DNA of 64,000 nt. Origin: Atractiella rhizophila (Eukaryota). Below are positions 24,588-49,999 of the stretch, piece by piece. The notes under the pieces are model-generated. The model saw only the letters and a list, made by a program, of their open reading frames with translations. It was not told where the DNA came from and did no database searches. Numbering within the stretch: the first letter of the stretch is position 1; every line of letters starts with the position of its first letter. The translations under genes were made by a program, and so were the position numbers. The DNA lies in NCBI GenBank assembly GCA_021432655.1, contig MU271235.1, positions 1 to 64,000 of the forward strand, given 5' to 3'.

Positions 24588-27146
24588 ATTCAAGCCAGAA
24601 TGGAGGTGAAGGGGCAAAAGGGTCGAGAGGATAAGAGTTGGGAATCAGTTCAAGGGGAACGGTGGAGTGCCCGAGGCTGTTCAACCGAAGTCACGGTTGG
24701 AAACTCCGTCGTTTTGTGTTTGTTGAATGCGTTCTGAGATGAGGAGAAAGCGACCATATGGTTCGGCGTCGTGATCGTTATCTCAAGCCATGTGTGTGGT
24801 GTGTTGACGTGCGATCATGACTCTGTTATCTGCACGTGAGTTTACAGCAAACCAGCAAAGCAAACAAAACGAGCCTGGGTCATGCGTCATTGCAGTATAG
24901 GTTGACCAAAGGCAACAAGATATCAAACCAGCAGGTGCGTTAGACTCCTGTGTCTAATAACTGTCCAAGCGAAAAGCTGTTCCCAAAGGCGAAGATACAG
25001 ACAAAGTAGAATAAAGACGCACACTCCAAGCAGGTACTGCTTGTGATGATCGTAAGCCGTTCTAAGGTTGCGCGACAATGCTTGGAAAGCATTGTACCAA
25101 CCACAACATACAATTGAATTGGACGTGTACTGACTTGGGAATGAACGCAGAGCTGAGGCAGAAGGGACTTCCGGGAACGGGACTTCGTGACGTTTGACTA
25201 TACTTATCAGACTGAATAAAGACGACGCGCCAGGAAACACCATTTGCTCAGCTGTTTAATTCTTGAACACCAGAAACGAAGTGCTCACGATCGACTCTCC
25301 CATGCTAGTCGGGCGCCATCCCTTAACATTAGGCGCCATGAAAGCGGATGGGTAAGTCCCATTATGTTCATCCAAGAGAGCTCCTGTAATGAAAAAGAAA
25401 ACAAAACCAATCCCATCAGTGCAGTTTTATAGAGCAGATAGCCCCATTGGATGTCGGTGGGTCGCAACGGATTTGACTCATTTTGCATGAATGGCCTCCA
25501 GTCAATTATTGCAATGCCAAATCGTCCAGAGCAGCGAAAGATCGAACTAAAAATGGAGCCAGGAACTCCTGAGGCTTCGGAGTGTGAAATGGAACTCGAA
25601 AGCTGATCGCCGTACTCCTTTTCCATTCTCCAAACGAGACTGACGCAGAAAAGCCATATTGGTCAAACATGAAAGAGCGCGCCGCCCGCTTGCACAACAA
25701 CGGATCATTGCCTATATATGTTGGATTCCAAGTCCAAACCAACAGGACGACCTTCAGTTCCCGCTATTGTGATCTGCGCAGCCTCTAGAACAGCTCTAGC
25801 TCACCGCTTTCAAGAATTCTCACAGAATCAGAAGAAAATTTGGCGCGTAATGTAACAGCAAAACACGCTCCATTACTTTTACTGCTGGGACCACTAGTTC
25901 CGCAAGGGCAAGGAATCAACTACACCTTCAGTGGTTAGGTCCTAAAAATCATACTCATCCTCACACAAAGGTCAATTAGTTGTTAAAAGCTGCTGAGCTT
26001 GAAAAATGACAGAAATAGGAGTCAGGGGCAACAAGTTGTCTTTTTATATAAATATCTCAGTTGGGTTTCCCGGCTCATTAGGACAGAAGGAGTCATCAAC
26101 TTGCGAACCGCCAACCGCAACTCCAAAACGCACAAGCACAAGAGATACTCTAAGATGCGATGCGATTTTCCTTTTTCGTTTCTAAAATCGCATGACAGTA
26201 CTTGAACAGGCTTTGGGCAGGAGCTCAGCTGCATGCTCAGATGAGCTGAAGCGAAATAATACAGTAGTTAAATCAAAAGGTTTGCTTGGCATCTCAACTG
26301 GTTTAAGATATGTGTTTAGCTATTGATGAGCTAGATTGAAACATACAATTGTTGGATTAGGTTGAATACCTTTCGTGACACCACTGTAGTTTGTACCATG
26401 ACTGCGTGGGACTCGGATTGGTGTAGAGCCAGGACACTGAGAACAAAAACAGCATAGCCTTGCATTTAAAGATCGCAAACACGAAGCAAATTAAACACAT
26501 TTGCGACATTTAACCACTTATGTCACTTAGTTCACTTCTATCTCGTGCGGTGAAGTCTGCTTTGATGCATTGTTGAATGCAACCAGAGACGACAGTCATC
26601 AAACAGGATGTGTAATTGTTGAGATATGGTAGTACAGAAAAATTACCAAGCTACTATCAAAAGTACACCACTAACGATGTTGCAAATTGTCAGTGCCATT
26701 TGGTGAAGCATGATGAATGCTTTATCATGACAGCTGACCCGGTTCTGGGCTGTAAGTTAGATCAGCTGATTTTCTACCTTATTGAGGTAAGAGCAGATAA
26801 CTTACCTGGCCGTGACATTTTATAAGTCTTCTAGTATCCTTGCAACGTAGTAAGTTAACTAAACCAAAATATCTAAAGGTGTCAATCTCAGAAACAAAGG
26901 CCCGAACTCTAAACAAGGAGGTGCATCTGGCATGCCATAATGAACGCCCTTATCATACTCCCCTTATCACACAGCCTTTTCAAGGGCACGTTGCCTATTT
27001 TTCAACTGGTTTTCGAAAGATTCTAGGGGCAGGGATAGATTTTGCAGGGTTTGTAGCGAGGGTAACGTTCTCCTCATAATGTATGGGACGCAATTGGCTG
27101 ATCGTTTGTGGCCGGCAGGGTACATAAGACGCAAGATCGCCTTGAT

Positions 27147-28280
27147 ATGTCGTGCGACCTCCCATCGATCTCGAAACCCAAAGAGATTGCCGCTCAAACG
27201 ACCATTCTGACGTTACCACCAGCCCTGTTCTCTTACATTTTCGAACTCCTTTTCGAATCCTACAAGACGTACACTTTAGCATCATTCCTCCGTCTTTCTA
27301 CAGTATGCAAGACTTTCAAAGGCGCCATAGACGTCGTTGGACTCTCTTCCATAATACTTTACCGTCCTTACCTTGTGCGGAGGTTTGAAGCCTTCATCCA
27401 TCAGCTCACTCTCGGCCTCGACAATGCCAGGATCGGAAACATCCGAGAGCTCATGGTGGATTTATCGGAGAGCGAGTGGATGGGAGGGGAGACAACGGAT
27501 GTTGTGCTGAGACTTTGGGAAGGATTGCCGTGTTTGCAGAGGTTAGGAGCAAAAGGATTCGATAGTCAAGACTTGCGCATTCCAAAAACTCTGGCGCTTT
27601 TGGAAAACGTAACGCTTAATTATCGATTTGGCAGGAACCTGCCGGTCCTAAGTTACCTTATACCGGCTTCAAATCATCACCCAAATCTCACTCATTTGTC
27701 ACTGAAATATGTCCAGCTGTCCCTGGCCGATCTAATGCGTTTACCATCCCTGCGTTCCCTTACGCTCGATTCATGCATCGTCGACTCAATCGCAGGCGAC
27801 ACCTCAATGATTACTTCTCCTTCCAATTCAAACGAGAAACATGATCTCAAGAGCCTCTCCATCTCCGGAGACTTCCCTTTCTCTTCAATTGACGCGTCGT
27901 ACTCGTTTTTCATGAGCATCTCGTCCGTCACTCGGCTGCATTGGAATGTCACGCCGTTACCTCCTTCGCGGTTTAAGGAAGTCTTTTCCCTCATGCCAAA
28001 CATCGCCAATGCCGAGTTTTGGTGGGGTACAGCGATGGAAGTGACGACGAGTGGGGAGATGTACCTCGCTCTTCCTCCGACCATTGTGCAGCTCAAACTG
28101 TGCTATCCTCCAGCATCCTCGCTGAGAAAGGCGTTAAGGGCGGGATTGATGAAAGAGTTGAGGCAGTTGACGATCTTACATCAAAGACAAGAGGAGGACT
28201 GGGAGATGGAGATGGAGGAGCTTTGTGAGGCCAGGGGAGTGGCTTACATGAGGTTACCGTATCGTTTCCCTTGGACTTGA
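27147..28280 (+). CDS. F-box-like / LRR (RNI-like) protein, single exon
   Basis: N-terminal ILTLPPALFSYIFELL...LRLSTVCKTF, followed by LxxLxL repeats (LTHLSL, LRSLTL, LKSLSI, LRQLTI). Confidence 0.75.
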   Translation: MSCDLPSISKPKEIAAQTTILTLPPALFSYIFELLFESYKTYTLASFLRLSTVCKTFKGAIDVVGLSSIILYRPYLVRRFEAFIHQLTLGLDNARIGNIRELMVDLSESEWMGGETTDVVLRLWEGLPCLQRLGAKGFDSQDLRIPKTLALLENVTLNYRFGRNLPVLSYLIPASNHHPNLTHLSLKYVQLSLADLMRLPSLRSLTLDSCIVDSIAGDTSMITSPSNSNEKHDLKSLSISGDFPFSSIDASYSFFMSISSVTRLHWNVTPLPPSRFKEVFSLMPNIANAEFWWGTAMEVTTSGEMYLALPPTIVQLKLCYPPASSLRKALRAGLMKELRQLTILHQRQEEDWEMEMEELCEARGVAYMRLPYRFPWT

Positions 28281-29908
28281 TTATACTGATATCTGTTAAC
28301 TTCCAGATTGTATAATTTTTCATTGGAGTTCCTTGTATGCGCTTTAATACCCCTTCACGGGATCTCAATATCCTGCAGAGAAGCTTCAACTTGTTGATAG
28401 ATGTTGTAGACCCGTTGTAGACCTGTTCTGGACCACGGTCATGTTCTTCGCTGTGTGCACATTACCTAGAGCTCGTACCTGTTCTTTGACTTGCAGTTCG
28501 TTGTAGATGTGTGTTGCAGATTTAGATCATGTTCCTCATGAACGAGTAACACGGCGCTACAGACAAAGCGGCGATTCACTTGCAAACATGAGATCGAGCG
28601 TTGTGCTGATTTTAACTCGATCCTTCAAGTTGAACACATGCGAGCTTAAGCTTTGTGCCTCTGACTTCCAGGTTTAGAGATGGGAATCGCAGATGACAAC
28701 TGTGCGAACAGCCTGTCGAGGTATCATAACTTGGAGACGTTATGCCAGAGGGTGCCATGGTAAATTCAGGGTAGGTTGTTGCTTCAAACTAGTACAATAT
28801 CAATCATACCTTGAAGGTCGTGTTGGGTCGTGCATCTTTTCATCTACTGACGCTTATTGTAATGTTGGTCAACTGTTTTTCATGCGATTTTTGTACCTCT
28901 TTTCAGAATTTTGATGCAATTCCATCGACAACATCACAACCATCGACCATTTTTGTGAGCACTTGCTGGAGTTTTGACGCTTCCAAGCACAAGCAAATCG
29001 CTTCACATATATTCCCATTAAAATACCATTGGATCATGGAGATTTTACTTTGGCAGTGTCCGCACATGAGCAACTTCGAGCATCCATCAGTATTACGAAT
29101 GCTCATTGTATCCAATAAGTGTCATTGCCATGTCGTAATATTGTTAGCCTCGGTGGCTTCAGCTCCTGGAGTGATTTTGTCATTTGGCCCGCGTAAAAAG
29201 CTCATCAAGCATTTGCTCAATCCTTGATTAATTTGCATGTTCGGCTCTATCAAGGAAGCAAATGGTTTTGCAAGCACGATTTCATTACATTGAGGATAGG
29301 CGGCTGATAGAGTGAATAGTCTGTTGAAAACTCAACCGTGGCAACTCAGCGTCAGAGTCTGAACTGTCGGACAGAGATTCTCTCCTCTCGTTTACCTTGC
29401 TTTCCTCCATGCCCTTCTCAGAGGTTTTGTGGATTAGCTTCTCATTGCGTCTTAGCGCAATGAATTCTGCTCCTCAATGTTGGAAATAGCAACTTCCTCT
29501 AGTTGAAAAAATTGCTTCAGATGCGACTACGTTTGTTGTTGGATCCCGGTGACAATACGTTCCGAGTGGAGCACGCTCATTTCTCTCAGCACTGGTCTAG
29601 CCGCATTCATCGAGGCGAGCGGAGAGCATGAAATCGACTTCCTCGCGCTCCCACATGCTCAGCTTCTTCTCTTTGTCCCCCACTTTGTTGCGGTCCATCC
29701 TTCCAAATCTTGAATCCCCGCTTGTCAACAGGATGGACTGCGCCAGGTTCGTTCTTGCGCCATAACAACCTTATCAATTGGGACCGGTGGGTATAAGAAG
29801 AAGCTGCCTCAGAAGCTCTCTTCAGGTCTCCCTTCTCGAGATCTCTGCTGCACAACTCGCCCATTTCAATTTAAATTTGGCGGTGTGAAATATTGAAGAA
29901 GCGGCATC

Positions 29909-30560
29909 ATGCTCTTTCGCGCATTTTCAATCCTCCTCTTCTTCTTGCAGGTCCTGCTCGTGAAAGCTCAAGACGGTGAGTGATTTTTGCCTGCCTTTGT
30001 ATGTTTCATCCTCATCCTAACATCAATGCGTGGTGACAGCGTCCACAATTGGGGATTTGAGTCCCGTCGCTTCCACTGTCGTCCCAGTGCCAACCTCTCC
30101 TTTGAACGACCTCTCCTCCGTGGGATGGAGCACGGTATCAGCTGTTCAGAGCGGCGTCGGTGTTTCAGATCAGGGATGGAGCACTGTAGCTGAGGCGGGA
30201 GACGGATGGAGCGTCGTGGGATGGACCACTTCTTCCCCCTCCAGTTCTGCGGCTTCTTCGAACGACGGAAACGAGAAGCTAGCGCTTGGTCTCGGGCTGG
30301 GTTTAGGGTTGGGTCTGGGCTTGATCTTTGGCGTGCGTGTCCCATCTACTGCGCTTTCGGACGCAGCGCTGATGCCTGTTCGACGGATAGCTCATCGCTG
30401 GCGTATTCGTACAAAGAAGGAGGATGAGGAAGGACTTTGAGAAGAGGACGGAGGCGCTGCAACGTGCTGTGGGAGAGGGAGAAGTGATGAAGTGTGTCTG
30501 CTCTGTTCCTTCTTATTCAAAAGCACGCTGATCGATAGTCGGATGTTCAGGCAAGTTTGA
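29909..30560 (+). CDS. Small type I membrane protein: signal peptide, Ser/Thr-rich ectodomain, single TM helix, basic tail; 4 exons
   Basis: MLFRAFSILLFFLQVLLVKAQD|ASTIGD...GWSTV..GWSTV..GWSVVGWTT...KLALGLGLGLGLGLGLIFG|LIAGVFVQRRRMRK...RMFRQV*. GT-AG introns were placed by eye. Confidence 0.7.
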
Positions 30561-31570
30561 ACGTGTTTGTTCTTGGTCAACGAAGTCATGAAATCTCGGA
30601 TGTGTGTACTTTTACGAGTGTGAGAGCAATAGGCATGGATGTTGCATCAGGAGTAAAGAACTTGAAGATGGATTCACGCAATCAGTCATGCTCCTATAAA
30701 CTTTAAGGCCGTAAAGGGGACGCACGGGGTGGATGTTGAACGGATGGGGAGGCATGAGGCATGTTTCGGAATTAGATTAGCTGATGATGCGATCAGTGTC
30801 GTTCGACTCCCAACAGCCCAAAAACTCGGTGGTATCACCTTGGGCACGTGGGTGCACAGTTCGCCACCTGGTCAGCTAATGTTCCTTTTTGGAGCAAGCC
30901 CTGACGCTCGCCTGACAACCTCCATGGTCCCAATATTCCTAACTCGAAATGCGCGACAAGAGTGGAGTTAATCATCATATACTGAACTTAACTGGATGCA
31001 ACTGTGAGCACAGAGGGAAGACAAGCCCAGCGGGCATCCAGCAGCAGCAGAAATGGTCCCCGATGGCGCATACAGAAACACGACATCTTAAACATCGATG
31101 GACAGAGAAGAACGACGGGAATCTGTACTTGTCCCGTATTGCAGTCTAACACACCAGACAAATAAATAGGTGAGAGCCAATCCTACGCGCCATTCGCGAC
31201 CTTCGCAGCCTGAGCAAACGGGCGGTTCGACGTTCGGCCAGTGGCATTCATTTCATCGGATCCACTTGCGCCATATAAAAGGGACTGTCTTGCCCTCATC
31301 CACATTCTAGCGTGACTCCTAACCCCGGTACAGAAGCTACTGGGAGGATAACTAGAAGCGGGATAGCATATCGACACCGCACGCCGCAAACGTGAACATC
31401 CGCTGAACAAGTGAATAACTGTCACGGCTGCAATCAAGCTCGTGACTTGGTGACTTGCCTTCTGTCGTTGTTTTTAGACCTGAAAATCACAAAATCCTCC
31501 AACGTCCCCCAAGTTGGCCATACCAGCAATATCGAGGTCAGGGTATTTGCAGGGGTATTAGATAGCCAGG

Positions 31571-37765
<6,195 letters not shown>

Positions 37766-38924
37766 TTTTCGTCCCCCTGCTGGATGATGGCTAAAAGTAC
37801 GATTGATGGTTTCAAGGAATTCGAAATAAAACTGGCTTCCCTTGCAAGGATATTTATACCATCCAGCTCTACCCCATTGCGCCTTTTTGTTTGCTTCGGG
37901 TATTTTGTCTGCTTCGGTAGGGGATGATGAAGCTGATTACGACAACGGCAATGGTGACCGTGACCAGAAGAGGCCAGAACCTATGCACATCATCCAGCTT
38001 TCAATTCTCAAGACGAAGCTCGCTGGGATGATTCAGCGCTGGTGAAAGTGGGAGGTCTAGCTCGAAACATTATTCGTGCTTCGTTATAAGAGGCAGCGGA
38101 ATCACCAACTTGAAACCACGGCAAAGAAGGCGACCTCAGCAGACAGGTATGGGAATTCGCAGGCTATACTTCTCTTTGGTCCGTCTCTCATCCAGCTCAC
38201 TCCAGCAGTCACAAAGCTCACTCAGCTGCTCCCATCGAACGACCACTGCGAGGACGACAGGATCGCCTCTCCTTCAAGAAGTTCCGTCCTGCCTAACAGG
38301 CATCCGCAATCTCTGTGCGCTAGGTAAACGGGTCGGGGCGACTGCACCACCAAGGAATACCAAAACCACAAAGCAGAGTTGCGGGGCGTCACGCGCGTCA
38401 GAACAGCTAAGGAGCGTGCTCAAGCGTAAACCTCTAAACCTCATTCAGTCAATTTCAGGCCTGTGCCACGCTCACGACAAAGAGCACGGGAGAGATAGAA
38501 ACGGCAGGAACGGCATCAACGCAAAGAGAAATTGCCTGCTTTCCCCTAACAGAAGTGGAGAGAAGCACAGCGGGAGTTAAGGTCTCTCATCCGTCTACCG
38601 TCAGATTCACTAGAGGATGATCGTATTCCATATCGGAATCCATGCAACGCCATCTACAATCTATGTAGCCTCGTCGACCGCTCAGGGCTGTCATCCCAAG
38701 GGCCTGTATTTGTCCTCTTGTCATCCTTCAGAGTGATGGGTGACTCCTAACGCCGATATTAATGAAGAGAAGAGGATTCTCGGTACCAACTTATCAATTT
38801 AGCGACGATTTCTTCATCGTACTAGTTTGACAGTGACTCGATTTGTGACCCTGCTTTTATGCCTTCATAAATCCATGAACATGGGTCTAGTTGGGTATCT
38901 ATCAGAGGTGGGGGCATTAGCGCA

Positions 38925-45094
<6,170 letters not shown>

Positions 45095-45939
45095 TTACCT
45101 CTCTCCCCGTTCACATTTAACGTTGCTGGATCATTGGATAAAGTACTATGATTGATTGTTTCAAGGAATTCAATAATAAACTGTGCCCACCTTACCGGTA
45201 TTTTTACTGACATTGTATACCATTACCATTTAAAGTAGTCTAGCCGTGGGCCTGTGCTGCCCTCTTTTAAATCAAACCGCCAACTTTCTGTCCTCACCAA
45301 TATCTGCTAGAGAAGACATTAAATAACTCTAGTTGATTCACGCAAAGATTATTACTATATTCACTCTCGGACTGAGCACATTTCACATCTGGATTACAGG
45401 CGCTTCGATCACAGAAGGGGTGTCAAAGTTGTGGCAGAAAAGACTGAAGTTAGTCATGAGCGCAAGATCTTTTCCGCCCTTCCAACAAATCGTAGAATGC
45501 GAAGTGACGTCATCGCTTGTTTTTACAACGCCATTCCCGCTCAGCAGATCAGCTGACTCAAGTGAGTTTTCACGCGTCCTAAAAGCGCAAAAACTTCACC
45601 CGCCCTCCCTCCGCATTTTTGCACTATCTCTTTATGCCTTAGCCTGTAGGGGTATGCCTGCTTTCCTTGCATCTCCCTGTAGCTTGGCATTCGGAGCTCG
45701 TTTTTGTGCAGGTTTCGTGCTTGCTTTGCAGTGCTTAGCTTGCATTCCACACGCCTCTTCACGTTGTACGAGGCACATGCTACCGATCTCTGACCGCTCC
45801 ACCCAACCTGGCTGAAGAGTAATGTGTGTTTCAGTAGTTAGAGTGAGCTGAAGAACAGATTTGTTGGATGAATCAATAAAATTAACTTTCCGGCTTGCAT
45901 GTCTGTGTGCCATGATGAATTAAAAAAATATGCAGCTTG

Positions 45940-46356
45940 TGTTAGGGCTGACACTATATGCGGTCACCGATGGGCAATGCGTCTGTAGTGGAGATATACC
46001 TAAGTGCATGATATGACATGAAGACTAACCTGTAGTGGAGATAAACCTAAGAGAATACTCTAAGGTCACCTCCACTACCCTCCGATCTATATATACAAGC
46101 GGAATAACACTGCCACAAAGTGCAGAGCAGAGCAGATGAAACACGTAAGAGAACTAAAAGGGGAAAGTAACAGTGGGATTACGCGGAGTTAATAAGAGGA
46201 GAATAGACACAAATGGGCTAAGAGGTGATGCAGGTGCAAAAAGGCGACAGGAGATGCAGAGTGGCAATGGGCACCAATTCGCAGGGAACGCAAACAGGCG
46301 ATAGGTGACCCAATCTGGCGAACAGGTGCCGATTTGCGTAAGATGCAAACCTGACA
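45940..46356. mobile_element. Solo LTR, short variant (417 bp)
   Basis: TGTTAGGG...CCTGACA termini and 5-bp TSD GCTTG. Reverse complement of 48332-49068 but with only about one minisatellite unit. Confidence 0.92.
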
Positions 46357-46527
46357 GCTTGCTGGGGTTTGAGACCCCCACCAAAAACTGCTTTTCAGGC
46401 TGCATCATTGCCACTTGCAGCTCGCAAGTCAGCCATCACCAAAGCAAAGCGGTCAAACTATGTTCCTGCCCTTGGTGTGCCATGTCCGCTGTCTACCTTA
46501 AGCTAACTGTCCCTTTCCTGATTTGCC

Positions 46528-48095
46528 ATGACCCACCAGACAGGTCGGCAAGTTGCTGCAGAGCAGGTTGTGCATCATAAACTACTTCAACAACTGCTTA
46601 AGCTCATCAACCCAGATGATGATTCGGATCACAGCTCAGGCTCAGATGGTGCTCCAGGCTCAGAACCTGCTCAAGGCAATGAAAGCAACGACCCTTTGCC
46701 CAGCCATAGCAGTAGTGAAGAATCCTCAGACAGCAGGGATAGCTCTACTGCAATCAAGGATGATTCCTCGAGTATTGAATCTTACTCTAAAGGCTCCAAT
46801 TTCGACCCTGTTACTCAAGTTCTCAAGATTCAGAGATATTTAAACCTTCAAACCCATGTCCAGGATGAAGCAGCATTCAGTACCAGTTATGTCACCAAGC
46901 TTTTTGGCCCCTATTACTCCAAGGAGCCAGAGAAGTTTCGCAAAGCCATTCGTATTCATCCAATCAGCTTCCAGAAGCTTCTAAAACAATTAAGCAACAT
47001 CCTATGTTTCAGAACAAGTCTCACAATTCTTAGTCTCCAGTTCAATATCAGCTTACCATTCTCTTCCACTGTCTAAGACACTATAACAATGCAGAATCAC
47101 TTAATTCCCTATCCTCCATTTTTAGCTGCAGCACCAGAATGTGTTAAGACTAGGGTTCTTCCTATCACACTGGGAAGCATACATTGCAGAAGATACTTAC
47201 CCCGGATTTTCCTATCATACATACTGGGGAAGCATGAAGGGAAAAAAATCCTTGTGAGGGGGTATCTGTGTATTTTACATTGTGGGGCATTGCGGGGCAC
47301 TCATGTGACCATAGCTGTCACGTTTGTCGCTTATCTCCAACAGAATGATAGAGCTATGTGATCACGGCAATCCTTCTATTGCCCTCCCTTGCCAAACTGT
47401 CCGTTTTTAGCCTAGACAGTCATCTTAGAGTAAGTATAAGGAGATAGTAAAAGAAATTGCAGGAGGTTGTGAAGAATGGCAGGGCGGATGGTGTATGGTT
47501 GATGGAACATTGATTAATATGTTCCAAAACCGCATATGGTGGGAGATGCATGGCGAAGAAAATCTACTTATTGTGAAGCATCAGGGTCAGTTTGCCTCAG
47601 TTCTCACTGAACCTACATTTGCTCTGTATTTATTTATAGATAGTTGTTCTGCACCTGATGCGAGGATTATTAATTATATGGTTGGTCATGTTGGAAGCAA
47701 AACCGATGGCACAGTTCGAAAGGTTAATAAGTTTCGATTTCTTACGATATCACCAGTGTGCTAATGATGCAAACACTGTCCATCTTCTCTCACTAGGATA
47801 AAGAATTGAGTGCTTCCTCATAATCGTCACTCTCAGGCTGCACTTCTTGCAGGTGATGAAGGGTGTTGGGCAGACTCAGAATACCCAATTGGACTGGTTG
47901 ATTATTCCCTAGGATCAAGAAACTGTGCAACAAGATAGTAATGCAACAGAACGTCTTTTCAATGTTCACCTTTCACAAATTTGCATTGGCACAGAACATG
48001 CCATCGGGTACCTCAACGGTCGCTTCCAATTACTCAAAGAATTGTGCCTTCTCCTTAACAATCAACAGCGGATCACAATGGTTCAAGATTGGATC
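46528..48095 (+). mobile_element. Decayed PIF/Harbinger (DDE_Tnp_4-like) transposase
   Basis: PEKFRKAIRIHPISFQKLL, GGWCMVDGTLI (~47484-47515), YMVGHVGSKTD, CWADSEYP (~47864-47887) and FNVHLSQICIGTEHAIGYLNGRFQLLKEL. Interrupted by stops and frameshifts. TIRs not found. Confidence 0.82.
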
Positions 48096-48099
48096 TGAG

Positions 48100-48230
48100 T
48101 GTTAGGTTTACATTTTATGCAAATCAGGGCCTGTTCGCCGGATTGCATCTCCTATTGCCGGATTGTGTTCTCCGCGAATCAGTGCCCCTTCACCTGTTTG
48201 CATTCTACGCACATCGGCGCGGTGCTAACA
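48100..48230. mobile_element. Short diverged LTR-related piece (TG...CA, 131 bp)
   Basis: tgttaggtttacattttatgcaaatcagggcctgttcgccggattgca aligns to the start of the 48332 LTR (tgtcaggtttgcatcttacgcaaatcggcgcccgttcgccggattgcg) and ends gctaaca. No TSD. Confidence 0.65.
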
Positions 48231-48331
48231 CAAGACAGTCATGGGTAGAGGTTAACCTGTCACAAAGAGATGTGGGCTCTATTGCGCTCAGAATGATGTC
48301 GGCAAATCACCCCTGCACATTGCTTGCATCT

Positions 48332-49068
48332 TGTCAGGTTTGCATCTTACGCAAATCGGCGCCCGTTCGCCGGATTGCGTCTCCTATCGCCCATTTGCGT
48401 TCCCTGCGAATCGGCGCCCGTTCGCCACTACGTCTCCCGTCGCCACTGCGTCTCCCGTCGCCACTGCGTCTCCCGTCGCCACTGCGTCTCCCGTCGCCAC
48501 TGCGTCTCCCGTCGCCACTGCGTCTCCCGTCGCCACTGCGTCTCCCGTCGCCACTGCGTCTCCCGTCGCCACTGCGTCTCCCGTCGCCACTGCGTCTCCC
48601 GTCGCCACTGCGTCTCCCGTCGCCACTGCGTCTCCCGTCGCCACTGCGTCTCCCGTCGCCACTGCGTCTCCCGTCGCCACTGCGTCTCCCGTCGCCACTG
48701 CGTCCCCGTCGCCACTGCGTCTCCCGTCGCCTATTTGCACGCAGTGCAAATCGGCGCCCGTTCGCCCGTTTGCGCCTACATCACCACTTAACCCAATTGT
48801 GCCTATCCTCCTCTTATTAACTCCGCGTAATCCCACTGTCACTTCCCCTTCTAGTCCTCTTACATGTTTCATCTGCTCTCCTCTACGCTCTGTGGCAGTG
48901 TTATTCCGCTTGTATATATAGATCAGAGAGTAGTGGAGGTGACCTCAGAGTATTCTCTTAGGTTTATCTCCACTACAGGTTAGTCTTCATGTCATATCAT
49001 GCCCTTAGGTTTATCTCCACTACAGACGCATCGCCTATCGGCGACCGCACATAGTGTCAGCCCTAACA
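48332..49068. mobile_element. Solo LTR, long variant (737 bp)
   Basis: TGTCAGG...CCCTAACA termini, 5-bp TSD CATCT, TATATATA box, and an internal duplicated ttaggtttatctccactacag. Confidence 0.93.
48423..48730. repeat. 18-bp minisatellite (cgtctcccgtcgccactg) x ~17 inside the LTR
   Basis: Directly visible near-perfect tandem array. Confidence 0.97.
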
Positions 49069-49999
49069 CATCTGTGCCAAAGTCAGCCGCATGTGACCCA
49101 GGAGTGTGGAGGAGACTCTTTCTGCCGTTCACAGTACAGAGTGTCTCTTCGATACCCCCCTCCCACTCCTTGCAGAATCGAAGAGATGCGACCACTGCCT
49201 TTCCGCTGCCTTTTTTTTAGTTTGGGCACGTCTCTTCGAACCAAACTCAACTTTTAGGTGATTGAAGAGACCTCGTTCATTTCGAGTTAAATTTTCCTGG
49301 TCATTCAGCTTTGAAAGGTCTTACTAAGACCTTCAATGTGTAGGATGCATAGGCATTGATGGCACAGAAAGATCTGTGACGTTTCTATGCTATGTGGCAA
49401 CAAGTGCGGAACGAGCCAGCCTGTGCGACGACAGGCACACATCCATCTGTACATTCTTCATCTCCCTTCCTTTCCTGCTTTCACTTCTTTCACCTGTCCC
49501 TTCTATTGTGGCACTGTACTTGATCACTGACCAAATCTCTTGAGGAAGAGGCTCGTGCTCCAGCCTCTTGATCCTTTATGTGCTCCATCAACCCTCGGCA
49601 ACCATACCACAGACCTTCCTTGCCATCCCTTTGTCCCGCAATTTACTCACTGTCCCACGGAGCCTCCTCTCCAACTCCCCACTCAATCATCGTTTCACCA
49701 CTCGTCCCTCTCATCCGTCATGGTCTCTCTCGCCTAACTATCCTCTCACCTTCAGAGTGCAAGAGTCAGAGTGGAGAGCAAAGGGGTACTACAGAGGATT
49801 GTGGAAGTGGCACTTCGAATGCTAGCACTTTTCTACACATGGCAACTATTTGATGGCTGTGTGAGTCTGCTCAAAAGGGCTGGTAGATGTTTCAATGGGT
49901 TAGTTCCACCATACTCCCTCTGTTCCTGGTTGGATGAAGGCTTAAGCATTAGAGCTGATGCTACCACGTAGAAACTCCGATTTTAACCCCTGTATCCCT

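Noticed and set aside
26800..26815. acttacctgg resembling the U1 snRNA 5' end
   Set aside because: The downstream sequence lacks U1 stem-loops and an Sm site; more likely the reverse complement of a splice donor.
48089..48921. Repeat-protein ORFs (PSPLRL, ATASPV, TQWRRE) or a CRISPR-like array
   Set aside because: By-products of an 18-bp stop-free minisatellite inside an LTR. There are no spacers and the context is eukaryotic.
45940..49068. Single TIR transposon with ~400-bp inverted repeats around the Harbinger transposase
   Set aside because: Each repeat has TG...CA ends and its own distinct 5-bp TSD, so they are independent solo LTRs.
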